Shown in pieces: positions 24,710 to 36,409 of a DNA stretch of 64,000 nt (positions are counted from its first letter, which is position 1; every line of letters starts with the position of its first letter). Made by a program: the position numbers and the translations under genes. The notes beneath the pieces were generated by a model. It ran no database searches, was not told the origin of the DNA, and saw nothing but the letters and a program-made list of their open reading frames with translations. Origin of the DNA: Felis catus (lineage: Eukaryota); assembly GCF_018350175.1 (NCBI RefSeq), contig NC_058368.1, positions 165,542,001 to 165,606,000 of the forward strand, in the 5' to 3' direction.

Positions 24710-25617
24710 AAGGGAGAAGAAATTTAAACCAATTTTAAACGAAAAATTAAGCTGACTAATGACACGAGAAAAATGTATGGGGAGTCCTGAGGAAAATTTA
24801 TAAACATTTCTATGAGAAAATCACAAGATTTAGAGAAAGTCAAATACTTGGTATGGTAAATGTTTACTTGACATTGTGCTTACTTGCAAACATAATGAAT
24901 TTTTCCAAGGGGGTCAAATGCTTTGCTTCATCAAGAACAACAGAGACCAATAAAAAATAAAACTTGGTAAAGAAACCTCGCTTCTCAGGAAGGGAGCAGC
25001 CTTGACTTCAGGAAGGGCTGTAGGTTCTAACAACATAATTTACATTTAACTTACTAATGTTTGCATAATATCCATTGTGTTATATCTTTTAAAAAAGTAT
25101 TCACATCAGTATAATTCATTGTATATCACAACAGCAGTTAACTACACCAGAGCTGTAGAAATAGAACAAAATAAAGATCACATTAGGTCACCAAGAAGAA
25201 ATCATTCTCTTCAAACTTAGAATAGAGACAGTAGAGGGATCAGGGCAAAACATGGGTTTCCTCCAAAGCTATCATGGGTATTTTACCTCTTACAACTGAT
25301 AATATAACAGGCGTATTACTTGAGAATTCTATACTATTGTCTTTGCAATCTAAGAAATTAATTCCTCAGAAACAAAGAATATGATTTTAACTTGCCAAAT
25401 TCAAATATAAACCTGTGATTTCTCATATGGTTTTATCACTAAGTAGATCCATTTAATTAAAGATCCCTAGAATAAATGTATTATATTAATTACCATTTCT
25501 AGAAAATAAGTTTAGAGTATCTTAATTTAATTTACTAAGAGAGGCTAGTGAATAATGATGTTAGACTTGAATTAAGATTTTTTTTTCTTTGTAGACCTTT
25601 ACATTTAAAGATCTTTT

Positions 25618-25831
25618 GGGGCACCTGGGTGGCTCAGTAGGTTATGCGTGTGATTTCAGCTCAGGCCATGATCTCGCAGGTTCATGATTTCAAGCCCCAC
25701 ATAGGGCTCCATGCTGACGGCTCAGAGCCTGGAGCCTGTTTCAGATTCTATGTCTTCCTCTGTCTCTGCCCCTCCCCTGCTCATGCTCTGTCTCTCTCTG
25801 TCTCAAAAATAAATACACATTTAAAAAAAAA
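25618..25831 (+). mobile_element. Can-SINE
   Basis: Full SINE with approximate TSD aaag(a/t)tctttt. Confidence 0.95.
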
Positions 25832-26850
25832 GTTCTTTTAATTTTAAAGACTTAAATGTTGAGACTTGTTTGCTGTATATACTTTTCTCTCTTCTTGCCA
25901 ATATTATTTTCCACACAGTTGAACATATATGCAACCTATTTTAATAGGGTTTATCAAGCCTGAGTTCAAACTTTGTTGGGCAAATGCAAAAAGCATGTAC
26001 CATAAGGTAAAGATGAGTCTATCTTCAAACACACTTTAATATATCTTAAAGAGCAATATTCTAGACAGAGCTGGGAAGGAAAAACTACACATACTTGTAC
26101 AGTTTCATTTTCTTAAAATCATTTTAAAATCATCCCAGCAATATCCTTTTTCCTGGAAATCCTATAAAATGCTTTTATTGGAGAATCTATGGGTTGCCTG
26201 CTACCTTTATGAAGCTAAGGAGAAAGGCTTCTCACTTTTTTTTTAAATGTGGAATTCTCCTCACCTCTTAAAAGAAAAAGAGAGAAAAGTGTTCATTTTG
26301 AGTGTGACTTTTTAGTTGCTAGTCTACTTTCTTCACTTTCTCCTAAATCACTAAAAGGTTGGAAAATAGTAGGAAATTTCAGAGTTTCACAGGCACATGA
26401 ATCAAGTCTTCAAACTTAATGGTGAAATAGTATTGTGTATGAATCTAGGAGCTCTGATGAAGGGTTATTTTCAGTAAATGTTGAAAGGTTGACAGTAGTT
26501 GCTTTGTAGATGTGGAAAAAAAACCCATGTTGATACCAATCATACACAATTGCTCTTTAATGGTAAGAATTTTTTAAAAAGAAAGAGTTTCTTTGGAGTA
26601 CTGATTTTCAGCCAGGGAATACAGTTCCTGGAAACTTCATATGAAGTTATAATTGACTCAAATTAAAAATGTCAGAAAAGAAATTAAAGTAACACAAAAT
26701 TTGCTCTCTTTCTGTTCATTATTGTATATTATTCTATCTCTTACTATTCTGCTTCTATGATAAAGAAAATAGTTTGAGAATTAAGTACTTGAACATCAGT
26801 GTATGTTTATATACTTTTACCATGTTGTATCTAAAGTAGTCAGATAGAAA

Positions 26851-26966
26851 AGGGCGCTAAGAGCCAGGAGCCTGCTTCTGTGTCTCCCTCTCTCTGCTCC
26901 TCCCCTGCTCATGCTCTGTCTCTCTGTCTCTCTCTCTCAAAAATAAATAAACATCAAAAAATATTT
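26851..26966 (+). mobile_element. Short Can-SINE lacking the tRNA-derived A/B-box region
   Basis: agggcgc is joined almost directly to agagccaggagcctgcttc…(CT)n…A-tail. TSD taaagtagtcaga at 26832-26844 and 26967-26979. Confidence 0.88.
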
Positions 26967-27982
26967 TAAAGTAGTCAGAATGACAAACCAAACTTAGACT
27001 ATAAATTTGCTAGGATGAGGATGCCAAATAACACCATTTTCAGAAAAGAGACCATTAAAAGCTTTACTATTTTCAGGAAAAATAGGATTTGTAGCTGAAT
27101 TCTATATTCTGTAGGAGATAGAATAATTCGTTCACTGGAAGAAGTAACATGGGCTTATTTGAGAATGATCTCAATCAGAGATTGAGATGTCAGTTGTTCT
27201 AACATTGTGTGGTCTGAGTGTTCCTATTTTCTTTCCACCTTCACTCAGAACAGGGCTTTGATGATCATATGAAGTGGTACAAGGTTGAAATAGAAAGGGG
27301 ATAGAAAGTAGGATACGAGAAATGAAGGGGTGATACAGATCCAATATCTTCAAGGCCTACTCTAATGATTACTATATGTTTGAATCACACCTGTTGGAAT
27401 CCGTATTTTTTTCCCTTCACCCTCATAATATATATATACTCATTTCTCAAGCTTTGTATTATACTTAAGGTTTTTTTTTAATGTTTTCATACATCTTCCC
27501 CTTTCAGGAACATAATTTTTGCTGAGGCAAATTGTATTCTGTAATTTAAAAAAAGAAGTACATTGAATTAAAAGTGAAGGTTCTTTTTAGCCTTTCCATA
27601 ATTAACATTATTTAAGTTAGTCTATTAAAAATTATCCCAGAAGAAATTATAGCTATTAATTCTGTATTTTTTCCTTCTTTAGACACCTAAAATAATATAA
27701 ATACATTTATATAAATATAAATGATGTTTATAAAATCAATTGAATTAAGGAGGGATGTAGTAAATTTACATTATGAAACAACTCCTTATCTAATCACATG
27801 CTAGCATTCTGAGTATTACTCTTGTAATTAGTAGAGTTAATAAGGAAGGAATTCTAAATAAACATAATTAATACTTCAAGAAAATAAAGAAGTGTAAAGA
27901 AGTATTAGTAGATAATTTGAATACTTGAAGTCCTCACTCGGCATGGCACCGTAGATGCTAAAACATGTGCACGTTGAGACCA

Positions 27983-28095
27983 TGTTCTTGCTTTGCATGG
28001 TTCCAGCAACCAGAGAGCCGTGCAAAGCAAAGACACAGCTCCAATATTCAAGAGTTTCTAGTTACCAATACTGTCTAAAATGAGGAAAGTCTGCA
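27983..28095. mobile_element. Tc1/mariner (Tigger-type) MITE remnant with inverted repeats
   Basis: Inverted repeat ttgctttgcatggttc / gagccgtgcaaagcaa. It resembles Tigger-like terminal repeats (cctcgctttgcacggt) from memory. Confidence 0.45.
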
Positions 28096-28509
28096 TATAA
28101 AATAATTCAAATGGAAGTCCAAAAAGTGGACAATGCAATGCCTACGACTAAGAACTCAATAGAGTGATATAAAAATTGAATAGGCCGCCAATAATAGGAT
28201 TACTGAAATGGAAGGAAAGTCAATAGACAAATACAAGCTGAAGCACAGAGACAGAAAGGAGTAAAATATATAGAAAAGAAACAGGAGATGTGTAGAAAAG
28301 AGTTAAAGGTCTAACATTTGTTTAACTGGAATCACAGAAAAAGATGAAAGGGAATTCAGCACAATACCAAAAGAGTTAATGTACGAGGAGTTTCCCAATA
28401 CCAAGAAGCTATGTGGATCCAATATTCAAGAAATTCTAGATCCCAAACAAGATAAATATAAAGACAACCACATGTAGGCACATCCAAAGCATATTTTTTT
28501 ACAAGAATG

Positions 28510-29112
28510 TTTTACATTATTAAAATACTGAAGTCATCAAAATGCTTTCTTTGTGTTTAATGTATTAGAAAATAAGACAAAAATATTCTCAATATTCATT
28601 TAATTCATATTTAAAATACCAATAATATATCCATTTTGTTAGTGTAACATACATATATTTACAAAAAAATTATCTTTTCCAAAATGAAATATAATTCATG
28701 CTATAATTAATTGCTTCACATTTTTGTAAATTCCTTTCATACTTGATTTACTAGAAGATAGGTAGATTATTATATCTACTTCTAAAATCAATCTGTTATA
28801 ATATATTGTTTTGTTAGAAGTATAGAAGTATAGAAAACTTGGGCTCCAAACATTATGTAATGAGAATTGGAGGAGAATTGGATAAGGATAATCCTTTTAG
28901 ATAACTGGGGGTATTTTTTGTTAGTAGACACAAACGGATTGACATGCAGGTAGTTTTATAAAGATAGTCATAATATGGGATATGAAAGAATACCACCAAA
29001 CATTTTGTATTCCTTTACATTCAAATTCATGGACTCAACTTGAATTTTGTTTTTTTCAACTTTCACTTGGAATGGATGTATTCATCTTTGTAACATCATG
29101 CATTGTCACTTT
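28510..29112. mobile_element. Charlie1 (hAT DNA transposon) fragment
   Basis: tagaagataggtagattattatatctacttctaaaatcaatctgtt…tttgtaacatcatgcattgtcac follows the Charlie1 consensus as recalled. Confidence 0.7.
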
Positions 29113-29224
29113 TGAATAATTGCCAAAAACCAAAAACAAACAGAAAGTCTTGAAAGCAGTCAGAAAAGGGATTCATTGGAGAAGCACTATGGAAGAAACC
29201 AAAAAACAGTGGCTTGGTATTTTT

Positions 29225-30494
29225 TTTAAGACAAAGTCTCTAATTTTATTTTATTTTTTAATTTACAACAAAGTTAGTTAGCATATAGTGCAACAATGAC
29301 TTCAGGAGTATATTCTTAATGCCCCTTACCCATTTAGCCTATCCCCCCTCCCACAACCCCTCCAGTAACCCTCAGTTTGTTCTACATATTTAAGAGTCTC
29401 TTATGTTTTGTCCCTCTCCATGTTTTTATATTATTTTTGTTTCCCTTCCTTTATGTTCATCTGTTTAGTCTCTTAAAGTCCTCATATGAGTGAAGTCATA
29501 TGATACTTGTCTTTCTCTAATTTCACTTAGCATGATGTCCTCCAGTTCCATCCCCATAGTTGCAAATGGCAAGATTTCATTCTTTTTGATTGACGAGTAA
29601 TACTCTATTGTATATATATACCACATCTTCTTTATCCAATCATCCATCGATGGGCTCTTTCCATACTTTGGCTATTGTTGATAGTGCTGCTATAAACATT
29701 GGACTGCATGTGCCCCTTTGAAACAGCATACCTGCATCCATTGGATAAATACCTAGTAGTGCAATTGCTGGGTCATAGGATAGTTCTAGTTTTAATTTTC
29801 TAAGGAACCTCCATACTGTTTTCCAGAGTGGCTGCACCAGCTTTCATTCCCACCAACAATGCAAAAGAAATGCTCTTTCTCCACATCTTTGAAAACATCT
29901 GTTGTTGCCTGACTTGTTAATGTTAGCATTCTGACAGGTATAAGGTGGTATCTCATTGTGGTTTTGATTTGTATTTCCCTGATGATGAGTGATGTTGAGC
30001 ATTTTTCATGTGTCGGTTGGCCATCTGGATGTCTTCTTTGGAGAAGTGTCTATTCATGTCTTTTGCCCCATTTCTTCACTGGATTATTTGTTCTTTGGGT
30101 GTTGAGTTTGATAAGTTCCTTATCGATTTTGGAAATTAACCCTTTATCTGATATGTTGTTTTCAAATACCTTCTCCCATTCTGTCAGTTGCCTTTTAGTT
30201 TTGCTGATTGTTTCCTTTGCTGTGAAGATTTCTATTTTGATGAGGTCCCAGTAGTTCATTTTTGCTTTTGTTTCCCTTGCCTCTAGAGATGTGTTGAGAA
30301 AGCAGTTGCTGAGGCCAGTATCATAGAGGTTTTTGCCTGCTTTCTATTCAAGGATTTTGATGGCTTCCTGTCTTACATTGAGGTCTTTCATCCATTTTGA
30401 GTTTATTTTTGTGTATGGTGTAAGAAAGTGGTCCAGGTTCATTCTTCTGCATGTCGCTGTCCAGTTTTCCCAGCACCACTTGCTGAAGAGACTG
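29225..30494 (-). mobile_element. 5'-truncated carnivore/felid LINE-1 (~1.27 kb; ORF2 C-terminus plus 3' UTR)
   Basis: ORFs [42 protein letters not shown] and DDWIKKMWYIYTIEYYSSIKKNE. 18-bp TSD cagtggcttggtattttt at 29207-29224 and 30495-30512. Confidence 0.96.
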
Positions 30495-31848
30495 CAGTGG
30501 CTTGGTATTTTTAAGGTGTTGAAAGAAAATATAAAGTACTTTCTTCAGCAGATAAAAACACAGATTAATACATTTTTATTGCTCTCAAAATTTGTATTAC
30601 TGTCATATTGCAAGTATGCATATATAATCTCTAAGTTAACTGCTAAAACAAATTGAAAAACATAGAGGGAAACAGAAACAGAAACTAATTGAGTGATTCC
30701 AAAGAAAGGGAAAAAAACATAATTTTGGGACATGTATGTTAAATGAAAAATGTATTATGAGATGATCAATGTAAACACAAATATAAATAGGTTAAATAGT
30801 CCAATGTTTTAGATAGGAATTTGCATATAGAGATATTCTATCAAACAATGATAACATTTATTTTGAGTCATATTCTTTTTCCTCCAAAAGTAGAGCTTAT
30901 TTATTATTTCACTCCTATTTTCACAATTTTATACACATCAGGAAAATATAAAATATTTACAACATAAAAATTAATATACTTAAAATACTATGTTAGGTAA
31001 CTGGAAAAATAATGCACATACAAAAATAACTGATAATACAAGGCAGAATGTGTTAGATGCAGTAAAAACTGTATCAGTATTTTTTCAATGTATAGTTTGA
31101 GACCAATGGTACCCTATACAAAAAAAGTTGGTGAGGTTAAAGGTACAATCGTGCCTTGAGCCAGAGTTCTCTTTTTTGCCACAAATGTTTAGGTCAATTT
31201 GGAGCCTGAAATTTTTATCTCTAAAAATATCTTTAGGTTAACTAAGTGAACTAATGAAATTAGTGTTCTTTTCAGGAGAGGCTCAAATTTTGATGCAAAG
31301 TCTAATCATGCACTTTAATGCAGCTCTTTACTTTTGTTACATTTTCACATTTGTTTATTGTCATTTCAGTAGCCAACCCCTTATTCATCCTGATTATCTT
31401 ATCGTCCTCTGGAACTAAATCTGAAATGACATATGGTCAGTCGAATTTTCAATTTCAGTTGCAAAGTTGCTCACAGGAACCTTAAAAAACCACATGAATC
31501 TTTCACAGCAAATTAGAGTCAAGAAAAGCTTCACCCAAACTGCTGCAAGAAAAAAGTCACTTATAAAGATACCTCACTGCCATCATGGCACATATAAAAG
31601 CTAAAGGATATTCTTTATTTTCCCACTACTAAATAATACTTTATGAAATTGCCCTCACATATGACAGCTTAAATAAACATTCATTTAATTATAAAATGTT
31701 TCCATTTTTTAAATCATTTATTAATAAAAAGCCAAAATTTACCAAACATTATGCATCGGCCAAAAATGACCCCAAATTCATTTTTGACATTATCATGTTT
31801 ATCTTTAGGCCACTGTTAAGAGAGGTATCACTATTATCAATATTATCA

Positions 31849-32078
31849 TTTTATTTATCTATTTATTTATTTATTTATTTATTCATTCATTTATTTATAT
31901 GTTTATTTTTGAAAGAGAGAGACAGAGGCGAGCAGGAGAGGGACACAGAGAAAGAGAGGGAGACACACAATCTGAAGCAGTCTCCAAGGCAGCCAACACA
32001 GGGCTAGAACTCACAAACCGCGAGATCATGACCTCAGCAGAAGTCAGACGCTTAACTGATGGAGCCACCCAGACACCC
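31849..32078 (-). mobile_element. Can-SINE with (TTTA)n tail, inserted in a MIR
   Basis: Reverse SINE. The flank tattatcaccattttatagatgaggtaactagggc is a MIR core. Confidence 0.93.
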
Positions 32079-32251
32079 TGTTATTATCACCATTTTATAG
32101 ATGAGGTAACTAGGGCCTTAAACATGGTTAGCAGATGATGTAAGTTTCCTGATACGTAACCAGAGTAAAAATTCAAATTTAGACAATTTGAGTTCATGGT
32201 GGAGGTGATTTTACCTGTCAATTAAATTATTCAGAATAACATATATATAAT

Positions 32252-32458
32252 GGGGTGCCTGGGTGGCTCAGTCGGTTAAGCATCTGACTTCGGCTCAGGT
32301 CATGATCTCACAGTTTGTGAGTTAGAGCCCCGCATCCGGCTCTGTGCTGACAGCTCAGAGCCTGGGGCCTGAGCGAATTCTGTGTCTCCTTCTCTCTCTG
32401 CCCTTTGCACGTGCTGTCTCTCAAAAATAAACAAATGTAAAAACAAATTTTTTAAAAT
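32252..32458 (+). mobile_element. Can-SINE
   Basis: TSD aataacatatatat at 32235-32248 and 32459-32472. Confidence 0.95.
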
Positions 32459-33015
32459 AATAACATATATATGATCCAGAAAATAGTATGAGAACTTAAC
32501 AAACGGTCATGTTTTAATCATGTAAGAATGTGATGTATCTAAAAGAAAAACCAAATTGTTACTCAATAAGTGCTATAGAATTCCGTTAAGTAGAAAAACT
32601 AACAAGACTGAAAACACATAAAATTTCACTTCTCAAAAAAGCAAGAAATAAACCTATGGCTACGTCTTAATGAAAGTACTAAGGGTAAAGCTTTTGATAA
32701 GTCACTAGTTGGGCAACAATACATTTACCATGTTAAGAATAAAAAGTAATAAAAATAGAAATTCCAGGGAATAAGTCAAAGGATGAAAAGAATATTTTCT
32801 TCTGTAATTCAATTAATGAAAATCCTAGTGTAAAGTAAGAGATAAATGCATAGAGATAGGTGGGGAACGGGGTCTAGGAGTTAGAGACTACTACGACTCA
32901 GGGATTCATGCAAACTTAGGCATTTCTGGCATATCTAGTAATCATCATGATCATGAAAATAATGATAAAATTAATTGCTGTTATGATGGATACCTGTCAC
33001 TGAACCCAGGTGAAT

Positions 33016-33130
33016 ACAGTGTTAAGAATATAGGTTCTTTGGTTAGAAAGGCCTAGGTTTGAATAAAGTTCTGATATTATTTCTGCAATATTGTCCAAGT
33101 CACTTTACTTTTTCTGTCTCATCTTTTTAA
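33016..33130 (+). mobile_element. MIR fragment
   Basis: gttaagaatataggttctttggttagaaaggcctaggtttgaat…caagtcactttac. Confidence 0.55.
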
Positions 33131-33788
33131 TGCTTAAAAGCATCAACCCAGCCAAAGTCCTCAGATGATTTGCTAGCTTCACAGGGAAAAACAAGAGTGT
33201 AAACTTTTGCAACTAATTCATTGCCTTGAAGACCTCAGCCTAACATAAAAGGAAGAAAGCTTGAGTAATCATTTTAAAATGTAGCATGTAAAATTGTGTG
33301 TATATTATGAGTAGCTGTGGTGAACTGCAGAAGTGGACTATTACCTAATGAAAAGTCAGAAGGTCCATTTTTTTAGACATTCCTGGTAAATTTCTCTGAA
33401 TCACTGAAGAAATAGGCCTGCTTGAAATGGCAACATAGCCTTTGCTTTTCCTTCTCCCAGAATCCCTGTTTTTCTCCTTTTTGCTCTTTCCTACTTAAGA
33501 AGGCAGGTAGAGAATCATATTTTATCTATGCTCTGTGATTTTTGTGTCTGTAAACATCTGCAGAGGTGGAAGACATTGATTTTCATCTCAAACTAAAACT
33601 AAAAAATGTACCCTTTATATGATCAAATACACTCAAAAAGAATAAGATATTCACCAGATTCCTACTGTCTCTCCTCTTTCTCCTCCTTCAGTGGCTCTGC
33701 TGACTCTGACTCCAAATGACTCATGCAGACAAAAACTATCAAGTTCAGATAATATGCAGATCACTTAATCTGAACTTCCATATTCTAT

Positions 33789-33823
33789 TTTTTTAAACAT
33801 TTACTTCTTTATTTTGAGAGAGA

Positions 33824-33855
<32 letters not shown>

Positions 33856-33991
33856 GAGAACAGAGGAGGGCAGAGAGAGGGAGAGGGATATTATGTTGAT
33901 CGAGCCTGTTGTAGGGCTCAATCCCATGAACTGTGAGATCATGACCTGAGCTGAAACCAAGAGTTGGATGCTTAACTGACTGAGTCACCCA
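33789..33991 (-). mobile_element. Can-SINE
   Basis: TSD tgaacttccatatt at 33771-33784 and 33992-34005. Confidence 0.93.
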
Positions 33992-35254
33992 TGAACTTCC
34001 ATATTTTAAATGAGAAAAAAATGTAGCTCCAAAGATTAAGTAACTACAGTGTCTATATGATAAGTAAGAAACTGGGCTCACAGTAACTGAGTGGGAAGTC
34101 TGGAGATGGGTCTCCTGAGTTTTAAATAATAAATGTTCTATTTTCCTCAGTGGATCTTAGCTACTTATAATATGAACATAATTCCATAGACTAATTTTCA
34201 TAATAATTGAAATTAGTATACATGTATACCTATAGATATTGTACATTAACACCATAAATTTTAAATTTGACATTTTTGAATTCTAAGATCCACCATTATT
34301 TCAATACATAGAATTGAAAAAAAGATACTATCACATACAATAAAAGCTTTCTAATAAATATTTATTGAATGAATGAAGTCACTGTGTATCACTGCCTCTC
34401 AGTAGTGCTATATGCAATATATGGAGAAATTTGGAAACATATTAAGATTCATAAAATGTGAATTAAAAATAAATGTGATAGCATATTTTAACACAAAGTA
34501 GTATCTTCACAAAATTCAAAAAAAACTTATGGTTTTGAGAAAAACTTTATATTTGTTATAAATGTATTATTACAAGTTAAATTACAAAATTATAAACCCA
34601 GTAAGTTAATTTAATTTAACTGATTATTTTAAAGTGTATCAATGTACAGATACATGTAACTTGTGGAACTGAATAATTTTGGCTTTACAGAAATAAGAGC
34701 AGTTAAATGTATTTTGTTATAGTCATTTTATTTAAAATAATAATTCACAAGTATAGCTTCATATTTTAATTAAACTTCTTAGTAATTAAGATTTCAGTTT
34801 TTAAAATATATCCAGTTTGAATCAACAGAAAAATAATTAAATGATGAAAATACATTAAATTTTTTTTTAGTTTTCCATCATTTGATATATTTAATCTCTA
34901 ATATAGTTCAGAGTTTCCCTTTCACATATCTTTCCCACATGTTTAAGTAAATCAAATTTTAAGTAAGATTGTGTGTTATAGATTCTTTCACTTCCTATTG
35001 AGATGCTTATTACAGGACATAAAGTGATGGGAATTCAGATACCTTTGAAAGCCACGAATTTCAATACATACCTTCCTGATTTTTTGTGGACTTTCTACCT
35101 TGTAAAGAAAGGAGGGAGAAGGAGAAAGAAGGATTTTTGTTTCCATCTATATTTTAAATTCTTCATAGAATGTAAGAAAGTGCATCATCTCCCATAATGT
35201 GCAAGAGATTGAATTTTAAAAGTCATATGTACTTAAATAGAACAAAGTGTTTTA

Positions 35255-35552
35255 GAGTTTCCTGGAATGCTCAGTTGGTTGAGAAACCCACTCTTGATTT
35301 TGCCTGGGGTCATAATCTCACAGTTTGCTGGTTTGAGCCCCACATCAAACCCCGTGTTGGGTCATAGTCTGTATGTAATTCCTGGGTTCGAGCCCCACCT
35401 CAAGCCCTACATACAGCTTTGCACTGATAGTGTGGAATTTGCTGGAGATTCTTTCTCTATCTTTCTCCCTCTCTCTCTGCCCCTTCTCCACTCATGCATA
35501 TACTCTCTCTTGCTTTCTCTCTCTTTCTCAAAATAAATAAACTTAAAAAAAA
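35255..35552 (+). mobile_element. Can-SINE with an internally duplicated B-box segment
   Basis: Two gggtcata…ggtt(t/c)gagccccac modules precede the CT tract. Confidence 0.9.
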
Positions 35553-35554
35553 TA

Positions 35555-35710
35555 GGGGGGCCTGGTTGGTTCAGTCGTTAAGTGCCCAACTTTGACTACA
35601 GCTGAGATCAGCCTGCTTCAGATTCTGTGTCTCCTGCTCTCTCTCTCTCTGACCCTCCCCCGCTCACACACTCTCTCAAGAATAAATAAACACTTAAATT
35701 TTTTAAAAAA
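35555..35710 (+). mobile_element. Can-SINE lacking the B-box region, in the tail of the previous SINE
   Basis: ggggggcctggttggttcagtcgttaag…cagcctgcttcagattc. The outer TSD aaatagaacaaagtgt (35235-35250, 35711-35726) encloses both SINEs. Confidence 0.88.
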
Positions 35711-35745
35711 AAATAGAACAAAGTGTATTCTTAACTAGTATTTTT

Positions 35746-35949
35746 TAATGTTTTTATTTATTTTTGAATATGAGAGAGACAGAGCATGAACGGGGGAGGA
35801 ACAGAAAGAGGGAGACACAGAATTCAAAGCAGGCTCCAGGCTCTCAGCTATCAGAACAGAGCCCAAGGTGGGTCTCGAACCCACGAACTGTGAGATCATG
35901 ACCTGAGCCGAAGTCGGATGCTTAACCGACTGAGCCACCCAGGCACCCC
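35746..35949 (-). mobile_element. Can-SINE
   Basis: TSD ttaactagtattttt at 35731-35745 and 35951-35965. Confidence 0.95.
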
Positions 35950-36409
35950 ATTAACTAGTATTTTTAAACTAAAAACAATAAAAGATTTTGACATAGAAAA
36001 ACAGGCAAAGATCATGGTTAGATGATAATCTGAACAGAAATGTAAATTGCTAACAAACATGAAATAGTCAACCTGCTAGTATAAGAATCATTTAGAAATA
36101 AAACAATATGAAGATAAATATTTTTACGGATGCTCTGTTGTTGTTCTTAGGAAAATACTCTTTGTTAGAGAAGGCATGATAAAACACATACTCTTATATG
36201 TGGATGCTACGATTCTAACCTATTATAAGCTTCTAAAAAGCAATCAGAAATAGTATATCAAGAATCTTGATCTAGGTATACTTTCCTTGGTTCAATAACT
36301 TCCAGTGTGGACAAGAGGAGGAAGAGAGACAACAGTATTTCAGTTGGGATACTAAATTCTTTAAAATGTAAACCTTTGAATAAAATATTTAAGCACAAGA
36401 ATGATAACA

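Larger units (their letters stand above)
28130..30850 (+). mobile_element. Ancient L1 ORF1 region, interrupted by Charlie1 and a younger L1
   Basis: ORF1-like aaggtctaacatttgtttaactggaatcacagaa and accacatgtaggcacatc. It resumes at ~29118 (gaaagtcttgaaagcagtcagaaaa) and at 30513 (aaggtgttgaaagaaaat). Confidence 0.65.
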
